Origin: Tetramitus jugosus
Taxonomy: Eukaryota > Protista > Heterolobosea
Direction: 5' to 3'
DNA length: 64,000 bases
NCBI GenBank assembly: GCA_937625935.1
Contig: OW569370.1
Coordinates: 248,001 to 312,000 of the forward strand
Each line of letters starts with the position of its first letter. Position 1 is the stretch's first letter. The notes below the pieces were generated by a model. The model was given only the letters and a program-made list of their open reading frames with translations. It made no database searches and was not told the origin of the DNA. Positions 33,086 through 42,878 of the stretch are shown here, one piece after another. A program made the translations under genes and the position numbers.

Positions 33086-33343
33086 ACATGAGGTCAATTT
33101 GACATTTGCAGGCTTCATCTTTTGTGTCTTCGTCCAAAGTGGTAGTTGTGCAAACAGCTCATATGAGCTCGGTATTGTTGAGTTTGTTTGACGAGATTTT
33201 CTTTGAGGAGAAAAGTTCTCGCTTAGCTGTACGAGAAGAGAACGCGTTAGTTGGCAGGTACAAACCTATCGAACACGTTTACAGAAAAAATAAAGCATTC
33301 ACATTTCAAAGCAAGCAACTGACAGTATCGAACAAGCTAACTC

Positions 33344-33940
33344 ATGGGACTAAAGAAGAAACAAATTCAAATGCTTTTGGAGCAGCATCCGGATCTCTCT
33401 ATTCGACAGATCCGAGAATACTGGAGTGCTTTTGAGATGTTCTTACACGAGGATGACAAGTTAGATGCTCTGGGAAATGATCGAGAAGAGGAAGAAGAAG
33501 CTATCACGATCGACATCTTGGGTGGTATCATGAGACGAATGTTTCAAAATCCAACCGAGCGAGAATTACTAGACATGGTCCGAGAAGTAGATGAAGACGG
33601 GAGTGGCAACATTGAGTTTAACGAGTTTGTGGCACTCATGGCATCAAGTAACAAGAAATTGGATTCAAAGTTTGAGATGAATGAAGCGTTTCGGGTGTTT
33701 GATCAGGATAATGATGGTGCCATTACTCGAGATGAACTTCGCCGAGTGTTTAAGAACATTGGTTGTTCATTAACAGAGGAAGAATGTGAAATGATGATTA
33801 GAGAGGTTGATAAGACTGGAACTGGTGCCATTAATCAGGAAGACTTTGTCAGACTAATGTCCATGTCACAGAGAGATGTAATGAAGATGAACGAGAAGAA
33901 GACCCACATTAGAGCACTCATGCTGAAACAAACCTTGTAA
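33344..33940 (+). CDS. Calmodulin-like EF-hand protein
   Basis: NPTERELLDMVREVDEDGSGNIEFNEF, EAFRVFDQDNDGAITRDEL and VDKTGTGAINQEDF. EF-hand 1 is degenerate. Confidence 0.9.
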   Translation: MGLKKKQIQMLLEQHPDLSIRQIREYWSAFEMFLHEDDKLDALGNDREEEEEAITIDILGGIMRRMFQNPTERELLDMVREVDEDGSGNIEFNEFVALMASSNKKLDSKFEMNEAFRVFDQDNDGAITRDELRRVFKNIGCSLTEEECEMMIREVDKTGTGAINQEDFVRLMSMSQRDVMKMNEKKTHIRALMLKQTL

Positions 33941-34032
33941 AATAGACATCCATATCACACAACCAACTTCAAACATGCACAAAACTCTCAAGATCACCAA
34001 CTCAAAGTCAAAAACCAAAAAACAATGCAACA

Positions 34033-34794
34033 ATGAAACATGTACGAAAAGTGGGACAACGTGTACTGCGGGATTACTACTTGATCCAGAGACAAAAGCT
34101 CGTTGAATTGATCTCCCATACGACTCAAATCCAAAAAACATTTCTTCAATCCATCCAAAAACGAGAAGAAAACGCGACTGTGAGACAACCAGAAACAGAA
34201 CAAGAGCATTCTGCTCATGATGATCAGAGCAATGATATGAGTAGTCTTGAAAACGACAAGGAACGCTGCCAGCAGTACATTCTTGAATTCTCTTTGCTTG
34301 TGCAATATTTTCGTGAGTGCCTGTGGTCAGAAGAGCAGGATCAACATGAGAGGTCTGCGACAACAAAGAAAGGAGAAGCAAGGAAAACGGAAGGCACCCT
34401 AACAACCAATATTTTGCACTTGGCCATGCAAAAGCTCAGCACTTGGATCAATCGATTCCTTCAATTGTTTCCTCGGTATATCAAGATGAAAATGATTCTG
34501 TTCCATCACAGGTCAACAAATAACTCTGAACAAGGAGGGTCAATCACAACGAGTGAGCCATTGTCTGCGTGGATGCTCATGGGGAGTGTAGCGAGTGCTG
34601 AGCTGGGCAGAGAACTCAAGCAGTTCTTGATTCACTTTTCAGAACAATTTAACATTTTGGTTCTGGATGAGTTCTTTCGAGCATTGAACTGTCAAGAAGA
34701 AGCAATCCATTTCAAAGATCTCTTGAGCCTGCGCAAACAATTCATTCGATGCTACTTTGTTACCCTCTTGTGCGTGGTGTGGTCTACGTGCTAA
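34033..34794 (+). CDS. Hypothetical protein
   Basis: 253 aa ATG-initiated ORF with helical composition; no recognisable motif. Confidence 0.55.
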   Translation: MKHVRKVGQRVLRDYYLIQRQKLVELISHTTQIQKTFLQSIQKREENATVRQPETEQEHSAHDDQSNDMSSLENDKERCQQYILEFSLLVQYFRECLWSEEQDQHERSATTKKGEARKTEGTLTTNILHLAMQKLSTWINRFLQLFPRYIKMKMILFHHRSTNNSEQGGSITTSEPLSAWMLMGSVASAELGRELKQFLIHFSEQFNILVLDEFFRALNCQEEAIHFKDLLSLRKQFIRCYFVTLLCVVWSTC

Positions 34795-34968
34795 GCAAAG
34801 TTAAACATGCACATTTATGAACTCAATGACTGGTTCATCCTGTAACCACCTTTAAGGACAACGACAATGCATCATGAATACGACCTGTCTTAGCCAATGT
34901 ATTTTTTCGAAACAGAGAAGCCAAAATGTCACTCCTTGACAATTGTTCTGCTGATTGAGAGAAGGAAA

Positions 34969-35619
34969 ATGGTTGATACTTGTTCTGCACTTTGCAAGGA
35001 CACATGGTCGATCATCATTGACTTTTGTGACACCCGAGAATGGTTGCAATTGAGTTACACTTGCAAAGGAATCAACCAATTCAAATTCAATCGATTGCTC
35101 ATGTTCAACAAGAGTAAAACACTAAAACGGCCTTTCGATTGTCAAGAGATTACACACTGGTTCTAATTGGGGGAGGAACGCTGTTCAATGGTCGGTTTTG
35201 AGCGCACTCACACGTGATGGATGAGCATTTCCAATTTTTTGGAAGGCATTCACACATTCGATATAAGTCGTTGTAAGAAAATTACGGACAATGCATTGGT
35301 TCATTTAGATGGCATCCACACACTCAATATTAGTGGTTGTGAGAGAATCACTGGTCAAATCTTTTCATATTTGACTCGTATCTACACACTCGACATGGCG
35401 GGTTGCGAGAACATCACAGACAATGCATTCTCTCATTTGACTGGCATTCATACACTCCATATGAGGTTTTGCCATCAAATCACAGACAATGCATTTCCTC
35501 ACTTGACTGGTGTCAACACACTTGACATGAGCAGTTGCAATCAAGAATCGATCCCAGAGAAGGCATTATGGAATGACGAAACACCAGTCACCAACAGTGA
35601 CACAAATCGGTCATTTTAG
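34969..35619 (+). pseudogene. Disrupted F-box + 22-aa LRR gene
   Basis: The F-box-like MVDTCSALCKDTWSIIIDFCDTREWLQLSYTCK segment ends at TAA 35164, with a further stop at TGA 35215. It is followed by about 5 repeats of GIHTLxxxxCxxITDNAFxHLT. No consensus intron removes the stops. Confidence 0.7.
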
Positions 35620-36088
35620 ATTCATAAACTTATTCAATTGATAGTGAGTGGTGGCCTCACCCATGTTGATCAACTCCTTATTAACTTGCAGACTTTTGAT
35701 TGCTGGTAGAGTGTGGGTAACGATGCAGCGACTCTTTACCCAAATAACAAAACTTCGTGCCTTGCGATGGGCTACTTCTAACTTCATTCCGTTCTTCACC
35801 AGTGCATCCATAACTTCGTCAAGAGCTTCACTCCCAATGCCCATCATTCCCGTGAGGTACTTCAGACTGGTCTTTCTTCCGCGATCTCGGGAAAAGTAAC
35901 CCGTTTCTGAACACCACCTTGACAAACCACAATGTTTACGGTCGATCCTCGATGCAGCGGGAGTCTGAGCAGTTAAACACAAGTTTTCGACGAAGCATCT
36001 ATTGCACACTGAAGCAAGAACATTTCTTTAAGGTTCCCAAAGCCGGCGTTTTTCGCGCCAAAATTGTCGAAATAAATAAACTTCGTAG

Positions 36089-36193
36089 TCCCATATAGTC
36101 TAGCTGGTTAGGATATCCGGCTTTCACTTCCAAGCTGAAAAGCTGAAATGCAAAAGTTCCCGGAAGACCCGGGTTCGAGTCCCGGTATGGGAG
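36089..36193 (+). tRNA. tRNA-Glu(TTC) with a 32-nt intron at position 37/38
   Basis: Acceptor stem TCCCATA/TATGGGA, D-arm TAGTCTAGCTGGTTAGGAT, anticodon stem TCCGG/CCGGA with CT-TTC-A|intron 36127-36158|C, and T-arm CCGGGTTCGAGTCCCGG. Confidence 0.93.
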
Positions 36194-36197
36194 ACAC

Positions 36198-36201
36198 TTT
36201 T
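36198..36201 (+). terminator. Pol III terminator (T4) of tRNA-Glu
   Basis: TTTT 4 nt after the discriminator base. Confidence 0.6.
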
Positions 36202-36321
36202 AACCCAAGGCAACAATTACTTGAGATCAGAACTACAACAATCAACAACATCCACAAATCTCCAATAGCTATTGATCCACAGTCGTGAACCATCATCACC
36301 ACCACCACCATACACTGACCC

Positions 36322-37731
36322 ATGAACGACACACCCACCAAAATTTGTTTCTACATGATTGATGGCCTAGGTGACATCTCCTATGCCTCTCTCAACCACC
36401 AAACCACACTCCAAGCGGCTCACACACCTCACATGGATCGTTTGTCTCACTTGGGTATCAATGGACTGATGGATCCAGTAGAACCTGGTCTTGCGTGTGG
36501 AAGTGACACTGCTCACATGTCCATTTTTGGATATGAACCAAGGAAGCACTACAAGGGACGTGGTAGCTTTGAAACCATGGGTGCAGGACTCGATATGCAA
36601 CCAGGTGACATTGCATTCAAGTGTAATTTTGCCACGTGTGAACCACCACCACCATCACCACCAAAGAATGACAATGATGACAATGATAATTCTCGACAAC
36701 AACCGATTGTGACCTTTCGGAGAGCAGATCGAAACTTTGAAGAGTTGGGACCCATCTTGTGCGATTATTTGGAAGAGTCACTCAATCCTTTCCAGTTTGA
36801 GTTTCAGGGCAAACCAATGACAGTTCAAGTCGCAGTCAAGTATGCAACCGAGCATCGATGTGGTATTCGTGTGAGAGGTGAGAATTTGAGTGGTGATATT
36901 ACGGGAACGGATCCGTTGCGTGATGATTTGCCACTTAGAGTTTGTCAACCAGAGTCATTTGCCGCAAATGACGTGAATGCACAAATGACATCTCACATGT
37001 TGAATCAATTGTCGGATCGTGTGAGACAATTGCTGGAGAATCATCCAGTGAATTTGGAGAGAAAACGACAGGGTAAGAATGTGGCCAATTTGGTGTTGTT
37101 CCGTGGTTGTGGCGTCCGGATTCAAGTCAATACGTTCCGCGAGGAACATGGATGGAAGCCGTTTTTGGTGGCACCGACTGCCATTATTGCAGGATTGGGA
37201 TTGAGTCTTGGAATGGACTTGGTGAAGATTCCAGGCGACACGGGTGACTATCACACAGATGTCATGGCACAAGCAAGAGGATTTGTGGAAACGATGATAA
37301 ATGGAAGAACAAATGACACAAACGAAGAATATGACTTTGGCTTCTGTCATTGTAAAGTAATTGATGATGCGGGACATGATGGCAACATTGAATTGAAGAT
37401 TGACTTTTTGCAGCAAGTGGATGCTGCTATAGGCTACATGTGGGACACGTTTACCAATGTGCACAAGCAACGAGTAATCTTTGTGATCACTGGTGATCAT
37501 AGTACTCCATGCTACTACAAGGATCATAGTTTTGAGCCAGTTCCAATGCTCGTTTGTGGCAACTACCCTGGAGCTCACAAAGTCGCAGATCAAGCGTCAC
37601 GGTTCGAAGAGATCAACAACAATGGTTTCTTGGGTCGATTCCCTGGAATTGAAACCATGAAAATCATCAAGAGCTACCAACAGGTGACCACAAAGCTCGA
37701 TCACGAGCTCGCAACTTCGACTAGTCAATAA
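36322..37731 (+). CDS. 2,3-BPG-independent phosphoglycerate mutase, archaeal (ApgM) type
   Basis: IDGLGD, GLACGSDTAHMSIFGY, GRGSFETMGAG, DIAFKCNFAT, KVIDDAGHDG and TGDHSTP...DHSFEPVP. Confidence 0.92.
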   Translation: MNDTPTKICFYMIDGLGDISYASLNHQTTLQAAHTPHMDRLSHLGINGLMDPVEPGLACGSDTAHMSIFGYEPRKHYKGRGSFETMGAGLDMQPGDIAFKCNFATCEPPPPSPPKNDNDDNDNSRQQPIVTFRRADRNFEELGPILCDYLEESLNPFQFEFQGKPMTVQVAVKYATEHRCGIRVRGENLSGDITGTDPLRDDLPLRVCQPESFAANDVNAQMTSHMLNQLSDRVRQLLENHPVNLERKRQGKNVANLVLFRGCGVRIQVNTFREEHGWKPFLVAPTAIIAGLGLSLGMDLVKIPGDTGDYHTDVMAQARGFVETMINGRTNDTNEEYDFGFCHCKVIDDAGHDGNIELKIDFLQQVDAAIGYMWDTFTNVHKQRVIFVITGDHSTPCYYKDHSFEPVPMLVCGNYPGAHKVADQASRFEEINNNGFLGRFPGIETMKIIKSYQQVTTKLDHELATSTSQ

Positions 37732-37801
37732 TAATAATTAATAACAACAACTAACAATCACGAACAATAATAAAAACTACTACCAGCACACTGCTGTTTA
37801 T

Positions 37802-38494
37802 TTAGTGGACACGAACCTTGTTCAATCCCTCGGTCAACACAGCATTGGAGAACTTCCAGTTGACAGCACCCCAGAACTTATCCATGTACTCTGCACGTCT
37901 GTTCTGATAATCCAAATAGTACGCATGTTCCCACACATCAACAGTCAACAATGGCACCAAAGACTCTGACAATGGTGTTTGTGCGTTACCACCGGACCAA
38001 ATCTTCAAACTGGCACCATCAGTCACCAACCAGACCCATCCACTGCCAAACAAGGTAACAGCCTTCTCAGTAAACTCCTTCTTGAACGCATCTACAGAGT
38101 TCCACTGTCTCTCAATCGCACTCTTCAACTCCAATGGCATCTCAACAGGTCCATTAGGTGTCAAACACTTCCAATAAAAGGCATGATTAAAGTGTTGAGC
38201 AGCATTGTTGAACAATTTGACGTTGCTTGGTTCGAATGCAGTCTTCTTGATGATGACTTCCAATGGTTCATTCTCAAATGGAGTGCCCTTGATCAAATTA
38301 TTCAAATTGTCGACATAAGTCTTGTGATGCTTATTGTAGTGAAAGTCGAGTTGAGTTGGACTAATGACACCAGGGATCGCAGTCTTGATGTCAAAGTCAA
38401 GTGGTGGAAGTTGATGAGTGATACTTCTGATTTGTTGTTGTTGTTGTTGGAACAAGATTCTCTTGTTTGATTTTTGGGCAAGTGCTCTGAGCAT
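37802..38494 (-). CDS. Fe-superoxide dismutase, mitochondrial presequence
   Basis: MLRAL...IRS presequence, then HYNKHHKTYVDNLN, FNNAAQHFNHAFYW (Fe-type) and DVWEHAYY. Confidence 0.93.
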   Translation of the reverse strand: MLRALAQKSNKRILFQQQQQQIRSITHQLPPLDFDIKTAIPGVISPTQLDFHYNKHHKTYVDNLNNLIKGTPFENEPLEVIIKKTAFEPSNVKLFNNAAQHFNHAFYWKCLTPNGPVEMPLELKSAIERQWNSVDAFKKEFTEKAVTLFGSGWVWLVTDGASLKIWSGGNAQTPLSESLVPLLTVDVWEHAYYLDYQNRRAEYMDKFWGAVNWKFSNAVLTEGLNKVRVH

Positions 38495-38671
38495 CGTTTT
38501 GTTGTATGTATGATTTTTGTGATGTTGTTTTGTTTTGTTGGAGATGTCGTGGTGTTTTTTTTTCAATCAACCGGGGCGGAGAGTGGGATGTAAAAATACA
38601 AATTTATTTCTGCGCAATCGCAAGAAATTTTAACCCAGCAAGAAACCACAGCTGGCACTTGGAACACATGC

Positions 38672-39571
38672 ATGACAATGAAGGACAATAACCTGGAGTT
38701 ACAATCGGATGAAATGCAAGTTCTGCAGTCCATTTACGGTGAAGAAATGGTGTACCTTGAATCTGAGCTATGTCACCAATTGGAACTGACTGTTCATGAA
38801 GAGTCAAATTTAAGTTTGGTGTTCCAGTTCTGGTATTCCGAGTCATATCCCTCACATGATCCACCGTATTATGCGATACGGTGTCCATGGATCACCAAGC
38901 AACAAAAATCGCAGTTTGATCAAGTGTTGATCGACATGTTTGAACCGGGCAATGTCATTGTTTATCAGTGGATTGAATGGATCAAGAATGGAGCATTTTA
39001 TGACTTGTCTCTGGATGCAAACATGTCGAGTAATGATGCTAATAATGATGCTGGTGAATATGAGAATGGCGAGGGTGTTGCTGTGAGGCGTGATGCTGGT
39101 GAACATGGCTCGTCATTGCTCTTGTCAGAGCAAGAGCAAGCAGCGATGTTGGAAGCGATTGAAAGGCTGAATATCAAGCACGGAGAGACTTTTACTGAGA
39201 AAAAGAGTGTATTTGTTGCTCATGTCGCTTCGGTGCACTCACTGGACGATGTTCATCTGTTTCTCAGTGAGTTGAAAAAGGACAGGAAAGTAGCTGCTGC
39301 TACTCACAATATTGTAGCATACCGTTTCACCAAGCGCAGCAAGGTGACAGGCGAGGATTTGATTGAGGAAAATAGGGATGATGACGGTGAAACAGGTGCA
39401 AGCACTCCCATGCTTTTCCTATTACAACGAGCCAAGGCTGTGAATGTCTGCGTAGTCGTCACTCGGTGGTTTGGAGGTGTGTTGTTAGGACCTGATCGAT
39501 TCAGAGTGATCACAAATGTTGCAAAGGAACTATTGCAGCGAGAAGGTTGGCTAAAATCAAAGCAGCTATAG
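38672..39571 (+). CDS. IMPACT: IMPACT/YIH1 (RWD + UPF0029 ancient domain)
   Basis: QSDEMQVLQSIYG, YPSHDPP, EKKSVFVAH, ATHNIVAYR, DDDGETGA and VVVTRWFGGVLLGPDRF. Confidence 0.93.
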   Translation: MTMKDNNLELQSDEMQVLQSIYGEEMVYLESELCHQLELTVHEESNLSLVFQFWYSESYPSHDPPYYAIRCPWITKQQKSQFDQVLIDMFEPGNVIVYQWIEWIKNGAFYDLSLDANMSSNDANNDAGEYENGEGVAVRRDAGEHGSSLLLSEQEQAAMLEAIERLNIKHGETFTEKKSVFVAHVASVHSLDDVHLFLSELKKDRKVAAATHNIVAYRFTKRSKVTGEDLIEENRDDDGETGASTPMLFLLQRAKAVNVCVVVTRWFGGVLLGPDRFRVITNVAKELLQREGWLKSKQL

Positions 39572-39638
39572 TGGTTCGCTAATTTGTTGAGTCCTTCTCT
39601 TGTAACTTTTGTTTAAAGGTGAATAATGTTTACAGATT

Positions 39639-40934
39639 TTAGTTTTCTTGTGGCTCTTCCTCATCAGGCTCGTCTTCTTCTTGTGTAACGTCTTCATTGG
39701 ACGCTTCAACAGGATCCACAGTCGTGTCAGTCTCTTGTTGTTGCTTTGTGCTGTCTTCAGTGTGTGGTTGAGGTGAAACAATATCTCCTTCCTCTGATGG
39801 CTTGCTTGTTGTTGCAGCCAACTCTTCTTCCTTCTTCAATCGCTCCTCTTCCAATTGTTTTGCTTCATCGATAAAGTTTTGCAGATACTTGTACCACACT
39901 TGCACGGTAAACAGCTCATAGCCACCACGAGAATTGATATGGGTTGTATCCACAGAGAACACCTCAATTCGGTCAGCTACATGACTATTCATCCATTCAT
40001 TGGCCATTGCTTCCACCTTGAGCTTCGTATTTCTCAAAATCATCAAATCGTTCGAATCCCTGACCATCTTCTCAAAACACTTGACAAATGTTTGACTAGG
40101 TTTCACCTTTTGTTGAACAATAAAGTTTCTCATTTCATAAATCTCAGTCTTCATGCCAGGTATCACAACAGACAGATCCATCTTGCACACAACATGATTA
40201 TGAGACATGATTGCAACCGTAATATTGTGATAAATATCTCTCTGGTTCATCAATTGTCTCAAATCAACAAATCCAACACCTTGTAACTCACTGGACATTG
40301 TTCCTACAATCTCATTCTTCACAGCAGCAAACAAGGAAGTAATGTAACCACTTCCAGCTACACCACCACTACCACCACTACTACTGCTTGACTGTTGAGG
40401 AGAGTTTGGTGTGTTGCCCTTTGATGGAGATGGAGAAACAGATGCTTGTTGTTGTTGAACAGGCGTAGAAGCACTCTCTGTTTTCGATTGTTGCACCAGT
40501 GTGTGATGCTGTGCAGCAGCATTCTGATCATAGTTTAATGACAATGAGATCAAGAATCCAGAGAGAACCTCCAACTTTGGAATGTGAAAGTGACAATTTT
40601 GGAAATTGTAGCTCGTGGAAGTGATGGGAAACGAAGGAAGTGAGGGATCACTCTGTGGAATATTTTCCATGTTCTTGTCCTTGAGAACAGACTTGATCTT
40701 GAGTGAGGTTCGAAGACTTGGATGATTGTTCAACAGCAATGGATGATTAAAGTCATACAGGCCCTGTAAATATTAATGATCACATGTGGTTAGCTTTTTG
40801 TAAAGAAAAAGCTTTTGGCAAAAAAAAAACATGTTTTTGAAAAAATGAAAGCATACTTTGGCGATCACGAGGATTCTGTTGGATGGCAGTGGTGTTGTTG
40901 GCTGAACACTGTATTTGGATGTTTGTTGGCCCAT
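39639..40934 (-). CDS. Hypothetical protein with probable N-myristoylation (MGQQTSK), C2-like N-terminal region
   Basis: Exon 1 40857-40934 joins the 366 aa ORF in frame across intron 40764-40856 (GTATGC...CAG). Confidence 0.65.
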
Positions 40935-41076
40935 GGGAAAGCAATGATAGCACTATGATGTTTTTGTTTTGGTTTGTTGTTGTTGTGCCCACAAGATTCG
41001 TATTTTTCGTTGGAAAGCCTTTTTTTGACCTGGACAGATATCAAAAACTCCGCCTGGTTCGTGTCGCAACTTGGAA

Positions 41077-42834
41077 CTACAGCAATTGTGAAGCAGGTTC
41101 TGTTGTTCGAATTCGGTGTTGTTTCCGTGTTTTGTTCCTCATGACGTTCTGCAATTCTCCCAGCAGAAGGTTTCTTTTGTTCTTTTCAGTCGGTTTCTCT
41201 TGGGTGCTTGTGGAGTCAACGAGCGGTTGACTCGCGACCATTACGGACTCCTTTACCACCTTCCCGAATTTGTTCAGCATGGCAGGAGTTAGGGAAGGCA
41301 GACCAAATTGAACTTTGGGAAGAAATGGAGTTTCTGGTTGCTCTTTCTGAACATCCATCTCATAAACATTGAGAACATCACCTTCTATCTCATTCTGAGG
41401 CAATGGGTGATCACTTTTCAGTAGTTCGTAGGTTTCTACTGGGACAAGGTCAACCAGATTTCGATCATCAGAAGGGATGGTTGACAGGACTTGTTCTGTG
41501 TGATCAAAATGGGTGTTAGATTCTTCTCGATTTGTTGGGAAATGAGCAGATAGCAACCCTTTCCCAATCACTCTGATATAGTGTGTCACTTCTTCCACTT
41601 GCTCGACCATGTCTGTTTGTTTCTCATACAAATCTGAAACATCATCCAAATCGTGTTCTTTCTTATCGCATAACTCCTTGAATAGAACTGCCTGGCATGA
41701 TAACTCAGTGATAAGATCTGTCATCTTGGTGCAGAAAACGTTAGCTTCTATTTGGAATTGTTGATACGGAACAGTTTTTCTTCCTGTAATATACTTCGAT
41801 AGCTTCTGATTCTGGTGTTCTAACTGCAAACATAGTACATCGAGTATTCCATTTGATAACTCCCCAAAAAACTGAAATCTCTCACTCTCTCGACAAATTT
41901 GTTTTAACGAATCTTTAAAATCTTCTTTCATACTTAACGCAATGGAGAGCAAGTACTTCAGAAGCTCTATGCTGTTTTCGATGCCTATTTTCTCTTCTTC
42001 ATAATTTCTGATATTACTGGGTGATATTGCTTCGAATAATGTCTCTATTGTTCGAATCACAGAACGGAGAGATTTGGCCACGAGTTTTCGAAGCTTCATA
42101 CTGTGGAATGATACGTTATTTTGTTGAACCTCTATTCGTGATATTGGTGCTCTTGGGAGAGATAATCTATATCCTTTGGCCACTGCTTCGATATCTCTAA
42201 TTTGATTCAATGCCTTTCGAATTAACCGATGAAATATGCAAAATTCTTCGTCTAGTTCGATTATCGTGCGTAGGTTGCGTTTGTGGATAACTTCAGCCTT
42301 CTTCAACGTAATTCCCTTAGCCACTTGCCTTAGCAACAAACTTCCAAGAAATATCAATCCAAGACATAAGATGTACTCAGAAGTTAACAATCCGAAGACA
42401 ATAACTATTCCTGTCAGGATTGAAAACACTTGATAGGTGGAGTAAAATATCTCAGACTGGTATTGTCCTAATGAATCAATTAGATCTTCCTTTCTCCACG
42501 GTAATAGGGATGTATGATCATAATCACCAGAGAGAATGCGTGAGTACAACATCAACCATTGTTTCACCCTTAATGTGATAGTTTGATCCTGTACGAACCA
42601 CAATTGACATAATGAGTGTCCAAAGTGATCCTGATCGAATTTCGTCTCTGTCGCTGTTGTTTCTTCCATATCTTCACTCTCTCTAGAATCATCCTTCGAA
42701 GAAGCTTCATCCCTACTCATGAATTTCAAATCGTTCTTGATGATTGACTGAACAAATTCATTATTAGGAAACTCTCTAGCTAGCTTTCGATAATAATCAG
42801 CTTCCGCAGACTCTTCCAAAATAATTTCAGGCAT
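41077..42834 (-). CDS. Vezatin-like membrane protein
   Basis: Two adjacent TM segments followed by IRDIEAVAKGYRLSLPRAPISRIE, resembling the vezatin core motif, and a C-terminal LLGELQNVM. Confidence 0.65.
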   Translation of the reverse strand: MPEIILEESAEADYYRKLAREFPNNEFVQSIIKNDLKFMSRDEASSKDDSRESEDMEETTATETKFDQDHFGHSLCQLWFVQDQTITLRVKQWLMLYSRILSGDYDHTSLLPWRKEDLIDSLGQYQSEIFYSTYQVFSILTGIVIVFGLLTSEYILCLGLIFLGSLLLRQVAKGITLKKAEVIHKRNLRTIIELDEEFCIFHRLIRKALNQIRDIEAVAKGYRLSLPRAPISRIEVQQNNVSFHSMKLRKLVAKSLRSVIRTIETLFEAISPSNIRNYEEEKIGIENSIELLKYLLSIALSMKEDFKDSLKQICRESERFQFFGELSNGILDVLCLQLEHQNQKLSKYITGRKTVPYQQFQIEANVFCTKMTDLITELSCQAVLFKELCDKKEHDLDDVSDLYEKQTDMVEQVEEVTHYIRVIGKGLLSAHFPTNREESNTHFDHTEQVLSTIPSDDRNLVDLVPVETYELLKSDHPLPQNEIEGDVLNVYEMDVQKEQPETPFLPKVQFGLPSLTPAMLNKFGKVVKESVMVASQPLVDSTSTQEKPTEKNKRNLLLGELQNVMRNKTRKQHRIRTTEPASQLL

Positions 42835-42878
42835 AGTGATGCTTTTCCGTAGTTTGATGGTGAGCGGGCGAAAGTGAT

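Noticed and set aside
35164-35217. Stop-codon reassignment or readthrough in the F-box/LRR locus
   Set aside because: TAA, TAG and TGA all terminate conserved genes elsewhere in the window, and the intervening sequence looks frameshift-decayed.
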